DNA of 64,000 nucleotides, taken from assembly GCA_963693365.1 (NCBI GenBank), contig CAVNZM010000001.1, positions 11,682,161 to 11,746,160 on the forward strand, read 5' to 3'. Shown here piece by piece: positions 26,557 through 35,485 of the stretch. Origin of the DNA: Amoebidium appalachense (lineage: Eukaryota; Protista; Ichthyosporea). The notes under the pieces are model-generated. The model was given only the letters and a program-made list of their open reading frames with translations, had not been told where the DNA came from and made no database searches. The position numbers and the translations under genes were made by a program. The first letter of the stretch is position 1. Each line of letters begins with the position of its first letter.

Positions 26557-27207
26557 AGTGATGGGGTGAGTAGGATGAGTAGCTTGAGTACCTACTCATC
26601 TGGTCTCCCCCCGGGTGTTCCAATTTCCTTTTGGATTGAGATTTAGGTATACCCGTAGCCCACAGTAGATGAGTACGTACTCATCCTACTCATCCTACTC
26701 ACTATATGACAATTGCATATTTTTATACCTAAAAAGGAAACCTTTACCATATTTGGGTGAGTAACATCTAGTGGGGGAAACTTGTCTGTGTTACTCAGAA
26801 TGAGTACCCTGAGTAAGATATTGTTACTCATGAAACAAATAAAAAACCATTAATTTTATGCTCAGAGTAACTTGAATTACTCAGGGCAAAGGAAAACGTT
26901 GGCTTTTTTATGCCTTAACCTCAACGATAACAGATTCTCGTGGGTGGAAGCGCAACTGGCCGGAGTGTGGACGGAACTTCAGGCAGAAGGCTCACTTGGA
27001 AACCCATCTGCGAAAACACACAGGCGCCCTGTTCAAATGTGATTATCCGGAGTGTTCAGCTGCATATACAACCCCAGCTTCGTTGTCAACACACATGTGG
27101 AAACACAAGTCAGAAAAACCCTTTATTTGCAGCGATTGTGGCAAGGAATTTATACATCCAAGTTCATATCGTGTGCATCAGAGATCGCATTCTGGCGGGA
27201 ACTCTTT

Positions 27208-27375
27208 CAGATGTGATTATATGGGATGCAGATACAGTTGAACCTACCATCCTTTCCTAAACTTGCCAACATGACCACGGGTCATGAAAGGAGCTAGGCT
27301 AGTGGCATGGTCATGCAAGATTACAAGAACCTTGGCCTATACCGGCAGAGGCCCGTGGCTGCCCACGGGCCGCGT
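27208..27375 (-). ncRNA. Predicted Fanzor omegaRNA (scaffold ~27375-27228 plus ~20-nt guide from the flank)
   Basis: Overlaps the ORF 3' end and runs to the element end. Stems ggcccgtgg/ccacgggcc, catgacc/ggtcatg and tcctttc/gaaagga. 5' end is a guess. Confidence 0.7.
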
Positions 27376-29337
27376 ACATGAGCGAATAAATATGTTGCGA
27401 GCCCCATTGACATCTCTGTCAATGACCAACCCACAATGTTTACACTTGAACACCTTAGAACCTCCAAGACCCTGGTTGATCTGTCCACACCTCCCACACG
27501 TTTTGCTGGTGTAGGATTCATTGACAAACACCACTGCAGTTCCCCGTTGCTCTGCTTTACACACCAGCCGTTGTCGAAACTTGGCATGCTGCCAACCCAT
27601 CATGCATCGGACGCTCTTGCTGCGAAGTTTCCTCTTGCCCCTACGTGACATACTCCCAGAGTCAAACCAAGGAATAACTACCACGTCGAAGTTGGAGGTG
27701 AGCCATCCAGCGGCCTTCCAGTGTGCGTCGGCAATAAGGTTCTGAACCCTTCGGCGCATTCGGAACAGGGCCTTTCTCATCCGATACCGACTTTTGTGTT
27801 TAACAGATGTCTGTGTCAAACGACTTTTCAGCTGGTCCTCACGGTTGAGCAGCCGACTGATGCGTTTGATGTCCCCGGGAAAAAGGTGTGTGACCTCCTT
27901 GTTACAGGGGTCATAGACAGTCTGGAAGGTTCTAATACCAGGATCAAGTGCACATATCCGCCTATCGTGTTGTTCGGTTAGAGGGGTTTGGCTATCACCC
28001 CCCGGTACCCGATATGTAATTGATAGGTAGAAATGCCCGTCCCTGGTCATCAAGAGCCGCCCATCTGTTTCCATTTCACCCGGTTGTACTTGCTCCGCAA
28101 GTTTCAAATGCCCACCTTCGGGGCACATCGTTGGGGCAAAAATGGCGTGTGTACCATTGAACTTGGTGAGTGCGCGGGGTATTAGAATTGATTGATATCC
28201 GTCCTTTTTGGATCTATACCGGACAAAGACACTGGTTGCCTTTAAACCCCTCTTCTTAGCATAACGTGCCTTTGCCTTCTGCGAACCCACGGCCCCGAAA
28301 AAATCATCCACCGCGCCGTTACGAAGAAGGTTTGGCACACGCTTCTTGTATTCTTCGCAGTCTGGAATGCTTTTGTTGTTGACAAATTGCTTGCGATATT
28401 CGGTTTTGTCCATGCTTCCCTTCAGGTCGTGAAGACCTACACATTGATTGAAGATCTTCCTTGCCACTCCGAAGCATTCGACCAACCATCGCTTTTGTTC
28501 CTTTGTTGGGATCACACGGATGAGTTTTGTGCGGACCAAAAGCTCGGTCCTTTCCCGCAAAGCCAAAACGTTCACTCCACAGGCCACATAATCGTCAAGC
28601 TCCGGAGGCCGTCCATTAAGACGATCCTTCAAATAGAGTTTCTGCTCTTTCTTCATGTGTTTCGATGCCATGCGCTTTAGTCTTTTGACGTTCCTTTCCG
28701 CTTCCCTCTGTTCCATTGCACTTGTTTCCGTACTTGCGACGTCCATGATGCTTACAGACAAAGTGGGTGGTGACGGCGATAAGGTCTTCCGCGAGTTCAT
28801 CTGTATTGGACTCGTCTGCGTGATTGAGAACCACGATTTTGACCCCATATGCTTCCAGAATCCACCACAGCAGGTCACCGGCGAGTCGACACAGCCTGTC
28901 ATTGTGGGCAACCACAATCTCTCTGACATTTCCCTTGCTTGCCTGTTCCAAAATGGACAGCAGTCCTCTGCGCTTAACGTTGACGCCACTCCCGACATCA
29001 GTGACAATTTCGTGATTGGGACACCGTTCACGCAGATACTGAACTTGCCGGTCGAGGTCCGTGCGCTGTTTGTGGGATGAGACCCGTGCGTAGGCAACAT
29101 CAACTCTGTCTGTTCGTGTGTCCGTTTCACACCCGAGCAACGTGTCAATGTCCGAGGTGTTGTACAGGCGGACATTGCCTGGTGTTCTAACAATTCGGAT
29201 GCGTCCCTGGTTTGCCCATCTCCGAAGTGAGGATCCCGATACCCCGTACTTCTTTCTGGATTGAAGTCCAGATATGTACTTGGTGCCATTGTGGGGCATA
29301 CTATAAGGTATAGAAAATATTTGAAGTTGCCCAACAT
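27337..29337 (-). CDS. tnpB: Fanzor2 / TnpB-family RNA-guided endonuclease, intact; true start uncertain
   Basis: IRVIPTKEQKRWL..FGVARKIFN; RuvC-I ALDPGIRTF; the canonical RuvC-II Glu is replaced (VVIPWF) with the alternative Glu in VNESYTSKTC; zinc ribbon CGRC/CKHC; RuvC-III DRDVNGARNI. Confidence 0.93.
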   Translation of the reverse strand: MLGNFKYFLYLIVCPTMAPSTYLDFNPERSTGYRDPHFGDGQTRDASELLEHQAMSACTTPRTLTRCSGVKRTHEQTELMLPTHGSHPTNSARTSTGKFSICVNGVPITKLSLMSGVASTLSAEDCCPFWNRQAREMSERLWLPTMTGCVDSPVTCCGGFWKHMGSKSWFSITQTSPIQMNSRKTLSPSPPTLSVSIMDVASTETSAMEQREAERNVKRLKRMASKHMKKEQKLYLKDRLNGRPPELDDYVACGVNVLALRERTELLVRTKLIRVIPTKEQKRWLVECFGVARKIFNQCVGLHDLKGSMDKTEYRKQFVNNKSIPDCEEYKKRVPNLLRNGAVDDFFGAVGSQKAKARYAKKRGLKATSVFVRYRSKKDGYQSILIPRALTKFNGTHAIFAPTMCPEGGHLKLAEQVQPGEMETDGRLLMTRDGHFYLSITYRVPGGDSQTPLTEQHDRRICALDPGIRTFQTVYDPCNKEVTHLFPGDIKRISRLLNREDQLKSRLTQTSVKHKSRYRMRKALFRMRRRVQNLIADAHWKAAGWLTSNFDVVVIPWFDSGSMSRRGKRKLRSKSVRCMMGWQHAKFRQRLVCKAEQRGTAVVFVNESYTSKTCGRCGQINQGLGGSKVFKCKHCGLVIDRDVNGARNIFIRSCTRPVGSHGPLPV
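28616..29299 (-). CDS. tnpA: IS607-type serine recombinase (TnpA) with N-terminal MerR-like HTH
   Basis: YGVSGSSLRRWANQGRI..RTPGNVRLY HTH; catalytic YARVSS..Q..DL..Q; DVGSGVN.KRRGL; DRLCR; ELAEDL. Confidence 0.93.
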   Translation of the reverse strand: MPHNGTKYISGLQSRKKYGVSGSSLRRWANQGRIRIVRTPGNVRLYNTSDIDTLLGCETDTRTDRVDVAYARVSSHKQRTDLDRQVQYLRERCPNHEIVTDVGSGVNVKRRGLLSILEQASKGNVREIVVAHNDRLCRLAGDLLWWILEAYGVKIVVLNHADESNTDELAEDLIAVTTHFVCKHHGRRKYGNKCNGTEGSGKERQKTKAHGIETHEERAETLFEGSS

Positions 29338-29689
29338 TGGCAGTTTCAGATAACAAGAATAAGTGTGCCCTTTGTGACACTTGCAGTGGGTTGTTGTTGT
29401 TGCCTTTTACAACCACCGCTCTGGACACAAGATCGAACAGCTATCAAATTGACCATATATATGACAAAGAAAAACAAGGTTGCCAAAGATCATTGTAGCA
29501 GCAAATCATACCGGCACAAGGCCAGTTTGACCGTCCACCAAAGAGTGCACACGGGCGTAAGACCATATTCCTGCCATATCTGCGCTGCCACTTTTCATAC
29601 TCGATCCTCGTGGAGTCATCACGAGCGAGCACACAGACAATTGGTCGAAACAAGCAAAGTTGTGGATGGCATTCCACAAAATTTTACCC

Positions 29690-29820
29690 TTACGTGCTAT
29701 GTAGGTGGCACAGGTCTTGCGGAACTCGTGGGCGCGCTTCCCAGGGAGTAGGTAGATGATCTCGAGGAGGTCACGGAATGAAGCCACTGGGGTGAGCTTC
29801 CCCACTCCATTGATGCGAAG
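29690..29820 (-). pseudogene. Fragment resembling a giant-virus Bro-N/KilA-N-like DNA-binding domain
   Basis: INGVGKLTPVA....LEIIYLLPGKRAHEFRKTCATYI resembles the TPVA..EII..LPG..A..FR..A motif of NCLDV proteins (recalled, not searched). Confidence 0.45.
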
Positions 29821-29997
29821 TGGGCCTCGCGGGCGAGAAGGGTGGGGGGGGATCATTTCTCTGAAAAATACACAAATTTGTGTGCGCACACACAAGCATG
29901 CGCTCGGACGACACGTTGGGTGTGGCCCTGCTTATATACGCGTGCTGCACCATCCGGGGCGCAGTCGCACACACACACGCACTGCGCGATACCTGCA

Positions 29998-30516
29998 TTA
30001 TTCTCTACACTGCCGCCTATTTTTCTGTACTGATTCATATAACTGCAGCGACAGAATGTCGCACCCCATGTCATGCCAAAGGAAGTCCTTCAAAAAGTCG
30101 ATTCGCAGAAGGGTTGTTCGTTTTCTCTTTGCCTCCATGGGGACCGCACGTCCCTCGCTCATGCCCTCCTCCTCCGTCGGATCCCTCGGTGGCAGCAGCG
30201 ACAGCGTGGTGTCCCAGCGCTCCCAGGTCAGCCGAAACGACTTGCCCCAATCCAGGTCGATGGTCACCGCATCCCCGGCCCCCTCCAGCGGACACGTCGA
30301 AAACACAAGGTGGTTGAGTCCAGTCCTGTTCGACGTTTCCACCGACTGCAGCGGCAGCATCGTGTCCGACAGCATCGTGTCGCCCTTCCCGAGTCGTGCG
30401 TGGAGCTGTAGCGGCCGGTTCGCCACCCTCCCGGCGCCGTTCGAGTCGAACGTCATGTTGGATACAAGCAGCGGCAGCCGATTGACAAATAGCTTCAGGT
30501 CCTGCTCAAAAGCCAT
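29998..30516 (-). CDS. Hypothetical protein (~172 aa)
   Basis: accATGG start (MAFEQDLK) about 50 nt after GTATAAAAG. Open in both arms. Confidence 0.6.
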   Translation of the reverse strand: MAFEQDLKLFVNRLPLLVSNMTFDSNGAGRVANRPLQLHARLGKGDTMLSDTMLPLQSVETSNRTGLNHLVFSTCPLEGAGDAVTIDLDWGKSFRLTWERWDTTLSLLPPRDPTEEEGMSEGRAVPMEAKRKRTTLLRIDFLKDFLWHDMGCDILSLQLYESVQKNRRQCRE

Positions 30517-30639
30517 GGTCGGTTCTGGTGCAGATTCAGACTGGCAGCTCCCCGTGTCAGACACACGCTTTTATACCCTCCAGAGTCCCCGCCTGCGTCG
30601 GCGCACACTCATTCGCAAGGTGCCAGTTCTCGAGGCGCT

Positions 30640-30892
30640 GCATGACCACGAGTGCGCGCTTGCGTGTTTCGGCGTGTGTGTACGTGGGCCCGAATCGGAG
30701 TGTGAGGTGCTGAGCGTGCGCTGTTGCACAAGCATGTGGACCGCAGGTGTGCGACCGGGAGACATTGTGGTGGCGTGCGAGATCAAGCGCGCAGAATCCG
30801 GGTGGCGCAAGGTGTCCCTCGAGCTCGAGGAGGGTGCGTGGACCAGCAACCTGTGCGCGGCAGGGTGTAAGAGGAGGAAATGGTTTCACTAG
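30640..30892 (+). CDS. PDZ-like domain coding segment (start unresolved)
   Basis: FGVCVRG...CEVLSV...S..TAGVRPGDIVVA fits the PDZ pattern G.....V..V...SPA..AGL..GD.I..V. Confidence 0.35.
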
Positions 30893-31062
30893 GAGAGGTC
30901 GCCCACAATTTTTGGGTGAACGTCATGTCAAAACGAAGAGGTCGGTCCAAAAAGAGGGGTCACAGACGTGCAAGGAAGTACGTGTATGCAGACGAGTTCA
31001 TGCCAAAATACCGGAGACTGGTGCTCCGACAGAGTGTGCGAGTAAAGCGCCAAGCACATTGA
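30880..31062 (+). CDS. Small very basic protein (60 aa)
   Basis: SKRRGRSKKRGHRRARK, followed by an AT-rich 3' region. Open in both arms. Confidence 0.35.
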   Translation: MVSLGEVAHNFWVNVMSKRRGRSKKRGHRRARKYVYADEFMPKYRRLVLRQSVRVKRQAH

Positions 31063-31184
31063 TATTTTTATTTCTGTTGTTTGATTTATATTGTATATTC
31101 ACCCCGATGTGAAGTTGCAAAACCATTATTTGGATCGTTGGATTTACATTATATATTCACCCCGAAACTGTTTAAGATTTTTTG

Positions 31185-32117
31185 CTATAAGGCATGTCCC
31201 AAATTGCCCGCGTTGCTCCAGGGGGTCCCCTCGTTCCACTCATCAAGGTCCGCACCCACCCCCTCGAACTCCTGGTTGCGGTTGCGCCCGTAGGCTCTGT
31301 CGAAGACACCGTCGCGCAGCGGCAGCCCTGCTGCCTCCACCACGTGACCGACCTCTTTGAAAAAATAGTCAAGCCAGCGCTCACCCCAATCTTCAAGTGC
31401 TGTGCTCAGGTCCTCGGTGGTTGCGCCGCCCGGGGCCATCGTGGTGGGCGCGCCGTGCGACACTCCGGCGCGGTAGGCGGACTCGAGCAGGGTCCGAGGT
31501 TTGGTCAGGGGCGGTTCTTTGACAAGGGTCTCAAAAAGCAGTTCGGGCATGAACCAGTAGGGCCTCCTCGAGACACCGGGCGCTGTGTTTTTGGCCTCGT
31601 CCAGGTCGGGATTCCCGTATGCATTCCAAAAGACCCAACCGTCCCTGGTCTGTTTAATAATGTATTGAGGGGTTTGACGGCTGTAATTTTCATGGAAGAA
31701 ATTATCATAGGGAAACAACTCAGTTCTGGGCTGGCTGAAAATGTAGATTTCATAGACGTAGGGACTAAGGGTCGTGTCGGCAGCGGGGTGAGGGTTGTCC
31801 GGACTCTCATAATCCTCGCTCTTGTAGATATCATAGATGTGTGGGCTGCTGCGGGTTGTGTTGGTAGTGGGAGGGTTGGAGTTGTACGGTACCTCATAAT
31901 CCGAGGCCTTTACGCGCGTTATGTGTTGGATTTGAAGACTCCAAAGTTCGATGTGCGGTCCTGCTATTACTACAGGAACCGCCATCCGAAGCCCCCCCCA
32001 TCGAAGAAACCACCATGTTCCTTCCGGATCCTCACCCGAGCACACCCTGTCCATGTACCTCGTCAGTGCGTCCTCCGTCTTGGCGCGCCCTACGTCCCAG
32101 CGGTTTTTAGGTTCCAT
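31185..32117 (-). CDS. Hypothetical ~310-aa Trp/Tyr/Pro-rich protein
   Basis: Long ORF from MEPKNRWD with non-repetitive composition and no recognised motif. Confidence 0.65.
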   Translation of the reverse strand: MEPKNRWDVGRAKTEDALTRYMDRVCSGEDPEGTWWFLRWGGLRMAVPVVIAGPHIELWSLQIQHITRVKASDYEVPYNSNPPTTNTTRSSPHIYDIYKSEDYESPDNPHPAADTTLSPYVYEIYIFSQPRTELFPYDNFFHENYSRQTPQYIIKQTRDGWVFWNAYGNPDLDEAKNTAPGVSRRPYWFMPELLFETLVKEPPLTKPRTLLESAYRAGVSHGAPTTMAPGGATTEDLSTALEDWGERWLDYFFKEVGHVVEAAGLPLRDGVFDRAYGRNRNQEFEGVGADLDEWNEGTPWSNAGNLGHAL

Positions 32118-32197
32118 TAGCACTGCGATGCATAATCTCTGTGTGTGCTCCCCGAGTTGCTGGGGAGGGGGCGCTCCAAAGTATCTCTTCGGAAGGT

Positions 32198-32450
32198 ATG
32201 ACTTCTCCGAACATTGCAAACCTGAGATTTGACAACCCGAGTAACTCGTGGGTGCGCAGGGATGACATTGCCGCCGACCCGCACGAGTACCACCTGACCA
32301 TCGACAACAACACGCGCTTCATGCTCTACATGGGCACTTCATTGGACGACCATGATGCACAGCTCAAGAGCGCTTCGATGTGGAGGGGCATAGCGCTTGC
32401 ATGCATGGTGCTGCTCGTGCTGCTGGCCGGCCTGCTGGTGTACAGGTGGT

Positions 32451-32481
<31 letters not shown>

Positions 32482-32632
32482 CTCAGGTGGGCTGGTTGTT
32501 GCAGCGGTTGAAGCTGTTGAACCGTTGAGGCTGGGCGGGTCAACCCATACACACACAGACCTATCCCACTTCTCTATTGAATACCCCACCTTCAACAGCT
32601 TCAACAGCTTCAATTCTTCAACAAGGGTATAA
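32198..32632 (+). CDS. Small single-pass membrane protein (3' end uncertain because of a G homopolymer)
   Basis: MTSPNIANL... with hydrophobic GIALACMVLLVLLAGLLVY followed by RWW. Confidence 0.45.
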
Positions 32633-32676
32633 AAGGAGCAGGCATGCTTTATTTTCTTCAGTCTATTGTAAGCATC

Positions 32677-34128
32677 ATGAGTGCGCCACCATCTTATGAT
32701 GCATTTGAGGATCTTACGGTTGACCACAGCATGTTGTTTGACCCCCACACATGTGTCCAACGCTCACATTGGACTATGGATGAGGTGTTTGCCTTTTTGA
32801 GCCCAAACATCGCATATGTCAGTAGGGAAGGTGCCTATCTCGTCAAGATTTATGACCAGGACACGAACCTGTACAAACACCATCGCAAAACAAAGGCTGC
32901 ACTCCAAGAGTTTTTGGGTGCCTTTCTATTCCAGCTCGTCCCTGGTGCAAATGGCAAACAGGACACGTACAACGGCGCAAACGTGTTGAAAACACCATGC
33001 TTTCCATACTACACCTGTTTTGTTTTCGACCCGTCATCTCCAGACCCACGTACCGGAAACACCAAGCCAGCCTACCTTGTCCAACGTTGCCGGGCATACA
33101 ACATGTTCAAGGGGTTGGCCGTTCCCCATCAACCCGAGAACATTTCTTGGCAGTCGGGTTCTGTTTCCTTGTTCGAACGTCATGCCTTTGAGGTTCTTTG
33201 TAACAACGACCGGGAGAGCTTTCACTATCTGATGCAATGGGTCGCACACATCTTCCAGTATCCGGAAGTCAAGTCCGGGACAGCAATTCTCATGAGGTCG
33301 ATTCAGGGAATAGGGAAAAACATCTGGTGGGAGATCATCGCCAACATCATTGGCAGCTGTTATTGCGGTAATATCACACACAGAGAGCATTTGGAGGGCA
33401 AGTTCAATGCACATCTGGAGAACAAGCTACTGGTTGTGTGCGACGAAATGGGTCTAGGCAGTAACAGGGAAATTGCGAATCTGATGAAGGCTCGCATCAC
33501 CCAACAGGTAAACATGATTGAACGGAAGGGGCATGATGCCGTGTGTGTGAAGAGTTTTGAACGCTATGTCTGGCTTTCAAACGAGAAATGGCCCGTTCGT
33601 GTGGAGGAATCAGATCGTCGTTGGGTATGTTTGCAGGGGACTCCAGTGGTCTATCCAAGAGCCTACTACCAGAACTTTACACGCTTCTACGAAGACCCGG
33701 CAAACCTACAGGCTGTGTGCGATTACTTCATGAAGATGCCGAATGTTCCCCGTGTTCTTCCGCTTCCACCCAAGACCGAACTCTGGTGCGAACTGCGTGA
33801 AATGACACAGCCAGATGAACTCCTGTTTCTCAAAGACATGGCGACAGGCGCAGAGGGCATGTCTATCGAGCAACTTCCCAACGGGGCCCGTGTTACAGCC
33901 ACCACGATGCTGCATCTGTACAAGGAGTGGCTTTCACTCAACGGCAAGACCAAGAGCATCCCGTACGCCAGTGTGAAGAGCATGGGCTCCATGCTGGGCA
34001 AGATACTTGGACCCAACAAAGGGGTGCGGAACAACCACCTGACTGTTGCACCTGGGATGCCTGCGCTGTCCTCGACGGGAACGTCGTACGCTTTTGTGTT
34101 CGACCATGAGAAGATCAAACAGGCTTAG
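32677..34128 (+). CDS. Superfamily-3 (D5/NrS-1/DUF5906-like) DNA helicase with C-terminal winged-helix-like region; no primase domain recognised
   Basis: YLMQWVAHIFQYP..K; Walker A SIQGIGKN; GKFNAHLENKLL; Walker B VVCDE; IERKG; motif C LSN; Arg finger DRRW. GTATAAAAGG at 32627. Confidence 0.88.
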   Translation: MSAPPSYDAFEDLTVDHSMLFDPHTCVQRSHWTMDEVFAFLSPNIAYVSREGAYLVKIYDQDTNLYKHHRKTKAALQEFLGAFLFQLVPGANGKQDTYNGANVLKTPCFPYYTCFVFDPSSPDPRTGNTKPAYLVQRCRAYNMFKGLAVPHQPENISWQSGSVSLFERHAFEVLCNNDRESFHYLMQWVAHIFQYPEVKSGTAILMRSIQGIGKNIWWEIIANIIGSCYCGNITHREHLEGKFNAHLENKLLVVCDEMGLGSNREIANLMKARITQQVNMIERKGHDAVCVKSFERYVWLSNEKWPVRVEESDRRWVCLQGTPVVYPRAYYQNFTRFYEDPANLQAVCDYFMKMPNVPRVLPLPPKTELWCELREMTQPDELLFLKDMATGAEGMSIEQLPNGARVTATTMLHLYKEWLSLNGKTKSIPYASVKSMGSMLGKILGPNKGVRNNHLTVAPGMPALSSTGTSYAFVFDHEKIKQA

Positions 34129-34303
34129 ACGATCCTCAACGCTGCGCCCGGGCCTGGGTGGCTGGGAGGGGCACGCGAGGCACGCACGGCCCCAGGAGGC
34201 GGATGTGGCACCTGCGCCGGTGAGACACACGAGCCACCCCCAGCCACACATGCCCCTAATTGATATACAGGGCATGGCTCGTTTTTTTCTAGCGCCAACT
34301 ACA

Positions 34304-34997
34304 ATGGCTAGTCCACGTGACGAAGCGTGGGTGAGGGAGCGACTTATGCGACTGGAGGGTGGGGAAGAGCGAGGTGTATACTCCCGCCGGTAGGATCGAC
34401 CTGCTGACGGACACGGATGTCATTGAAGTGAAGAAGGTTCAATATTGGAAATCGGCGATGGGGCAGGTACTTGCATACAAAGACCACTACCCCACCCATC
34501 GTGCGCGAGTCCATCTATATGGCTATGCCTCCGCTGACACGTACAAGGTAGCTGTGGAGACCATGATGCGTCATAACATCACCGTAACGGCAGAACATGA
34601 TACACTGCAGCATATATGGGGTCCACACCCCAAATCAGAAACTACAAAGCCCAAGAATGCCCAGAGGAAGCAAGTAGAACGGCAATTTTTAAGAGATTTG
34701 CTCTCCCATACCAACGGATGTGAGGACATGACTTTTATAAAGGATAGCTGCTTGGTGAGATCATCGGGGCTGTACCAGCTATACCTTTCATGGCATAAAC
34801 TGAATCTCTCTTCCACAGCGGCTCCAAGTTTAAAAATCTTCGGCATGACCCTCAGGAAGATTTTGCGAAAACCCAAAGCTGCCAAAGTGAAAAGAGTTAC
34901 GCGCTGGCCAGACCACCCTCGCGTGTCCGAAACAAACAAGGTTGTCTATTGCTACAGGATCGATGGTCAGGTCATCAACAGCCCGGAGCAGCAGTAG
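34304..34997 (+). CDS. PD-(D/E)xK-like nuclease plus C-terminal winged-helix-like domain (+1 G frameshift near 34361 in this copy)
   Basis: EVYTPAGRIDLLTDTDVIEVK...WKSAMGQVLAY..YP....VHLYG. The mirror copy is continuous. Confidence 0.72.
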
Positions 34998-35069
34998 CCG
35001 TTGGAAATTATTTTCTCCCCCCTCAATAACACCATGTATCTGTGTACGTGCAAGACCCCCCAAGGCATC

Positions 35070-35294
35070 ATGGTCCGCCCGTACAAGGTGTATCGGTGCA
35101 CAGTCGACGGTTGCGGCTACTCCACCACCCGCAACAGCAACTTTGCGGCGCACAGCGACAGGCATGCGGGGATTCTGCGGCACGTGTGCGCGCATGCGGG
35201 GTGCGGGCGGCAGTTTCGGTATGCCTTGAGCCTCAAGCGGCACATGCAGCAGCACACCAAAGAACCGGGGAGCCCGAATCGGACCCGAAACTAG
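35070..35294 (+). CDS. Small two-finger C2H2 zinc-finger protein
   Basis: CTVDGC..HSDRH and CAHAGC..F....L..HMQQH. Confidence 0.8.
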   Translation: MVRPYKVYRCTVDGCGYSTTRNSNFAAHSDRHAGILRHVCAHAGCGRQFRYALSLKRHMQQHTKEPGSPNRTRN

Positions 35295-35485
35295 CGCGGG
35301 TGGCTGGGAGGGGCGCGTGAGGCACGCGAGGCACGGGAGGCACGCGTGGCACGTGCGCCACAGGAGCCCCTCCCCAGCCACCCCCAGCCCCCCCAGGCCC
35401 CCAGGCCCCCAGGCCCCCAGGCCCCCAGGCCCCAGCCCGGATGGGTGACCGAGGACGACAGATATGGACCCGACTCGGGGTGGGT

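Larger units (their letters stand above)
27228..29501 (-). mobile_element. IS607-family element (serine recombinase TnpA + Fanzor2), ~2.27 kb
   Basis: TnpA and TnpB-like ORFs, GCAG at both junctions (27228-27231 and 29498-29501), no terminal inverted repeats. Excision restores the host zinc-finger frame. Confidence 0.92.
26912..29751 (+). pseudogene. Multi-C2H2 zinc-finger gene interrupted by the IS607/Fanzor2 insertion (parts ~26912-27231 and 29502-29751)
   Basis: Fingers CDYPEC..HMWKH and CSDC..HQRSH on the left and CHIC..HERAH on the right. Removing the insert restores the finger CDYMGCSKSYRHKASLTVHQRVH-TG. Start codon not resolved. Confidence 0.85.

Noticed and set aside
27228-29501. IS607 element acting as an IStron or spliceosomal intron that restores the zinc-finger gene
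   Set aside because: It is antisense to the host gene, has no GT at the left junction on the + strand, and its short ends show no group I intron core.
31194-32120. Antisense ORFs of 308 aa (and 442 aa at 46225-47553), and similar shadows of patatin, Fic and coiled-coil genes
   Set aside because: Opposite-strand shadows of better supported GC-rich ORFs, with no motifs.
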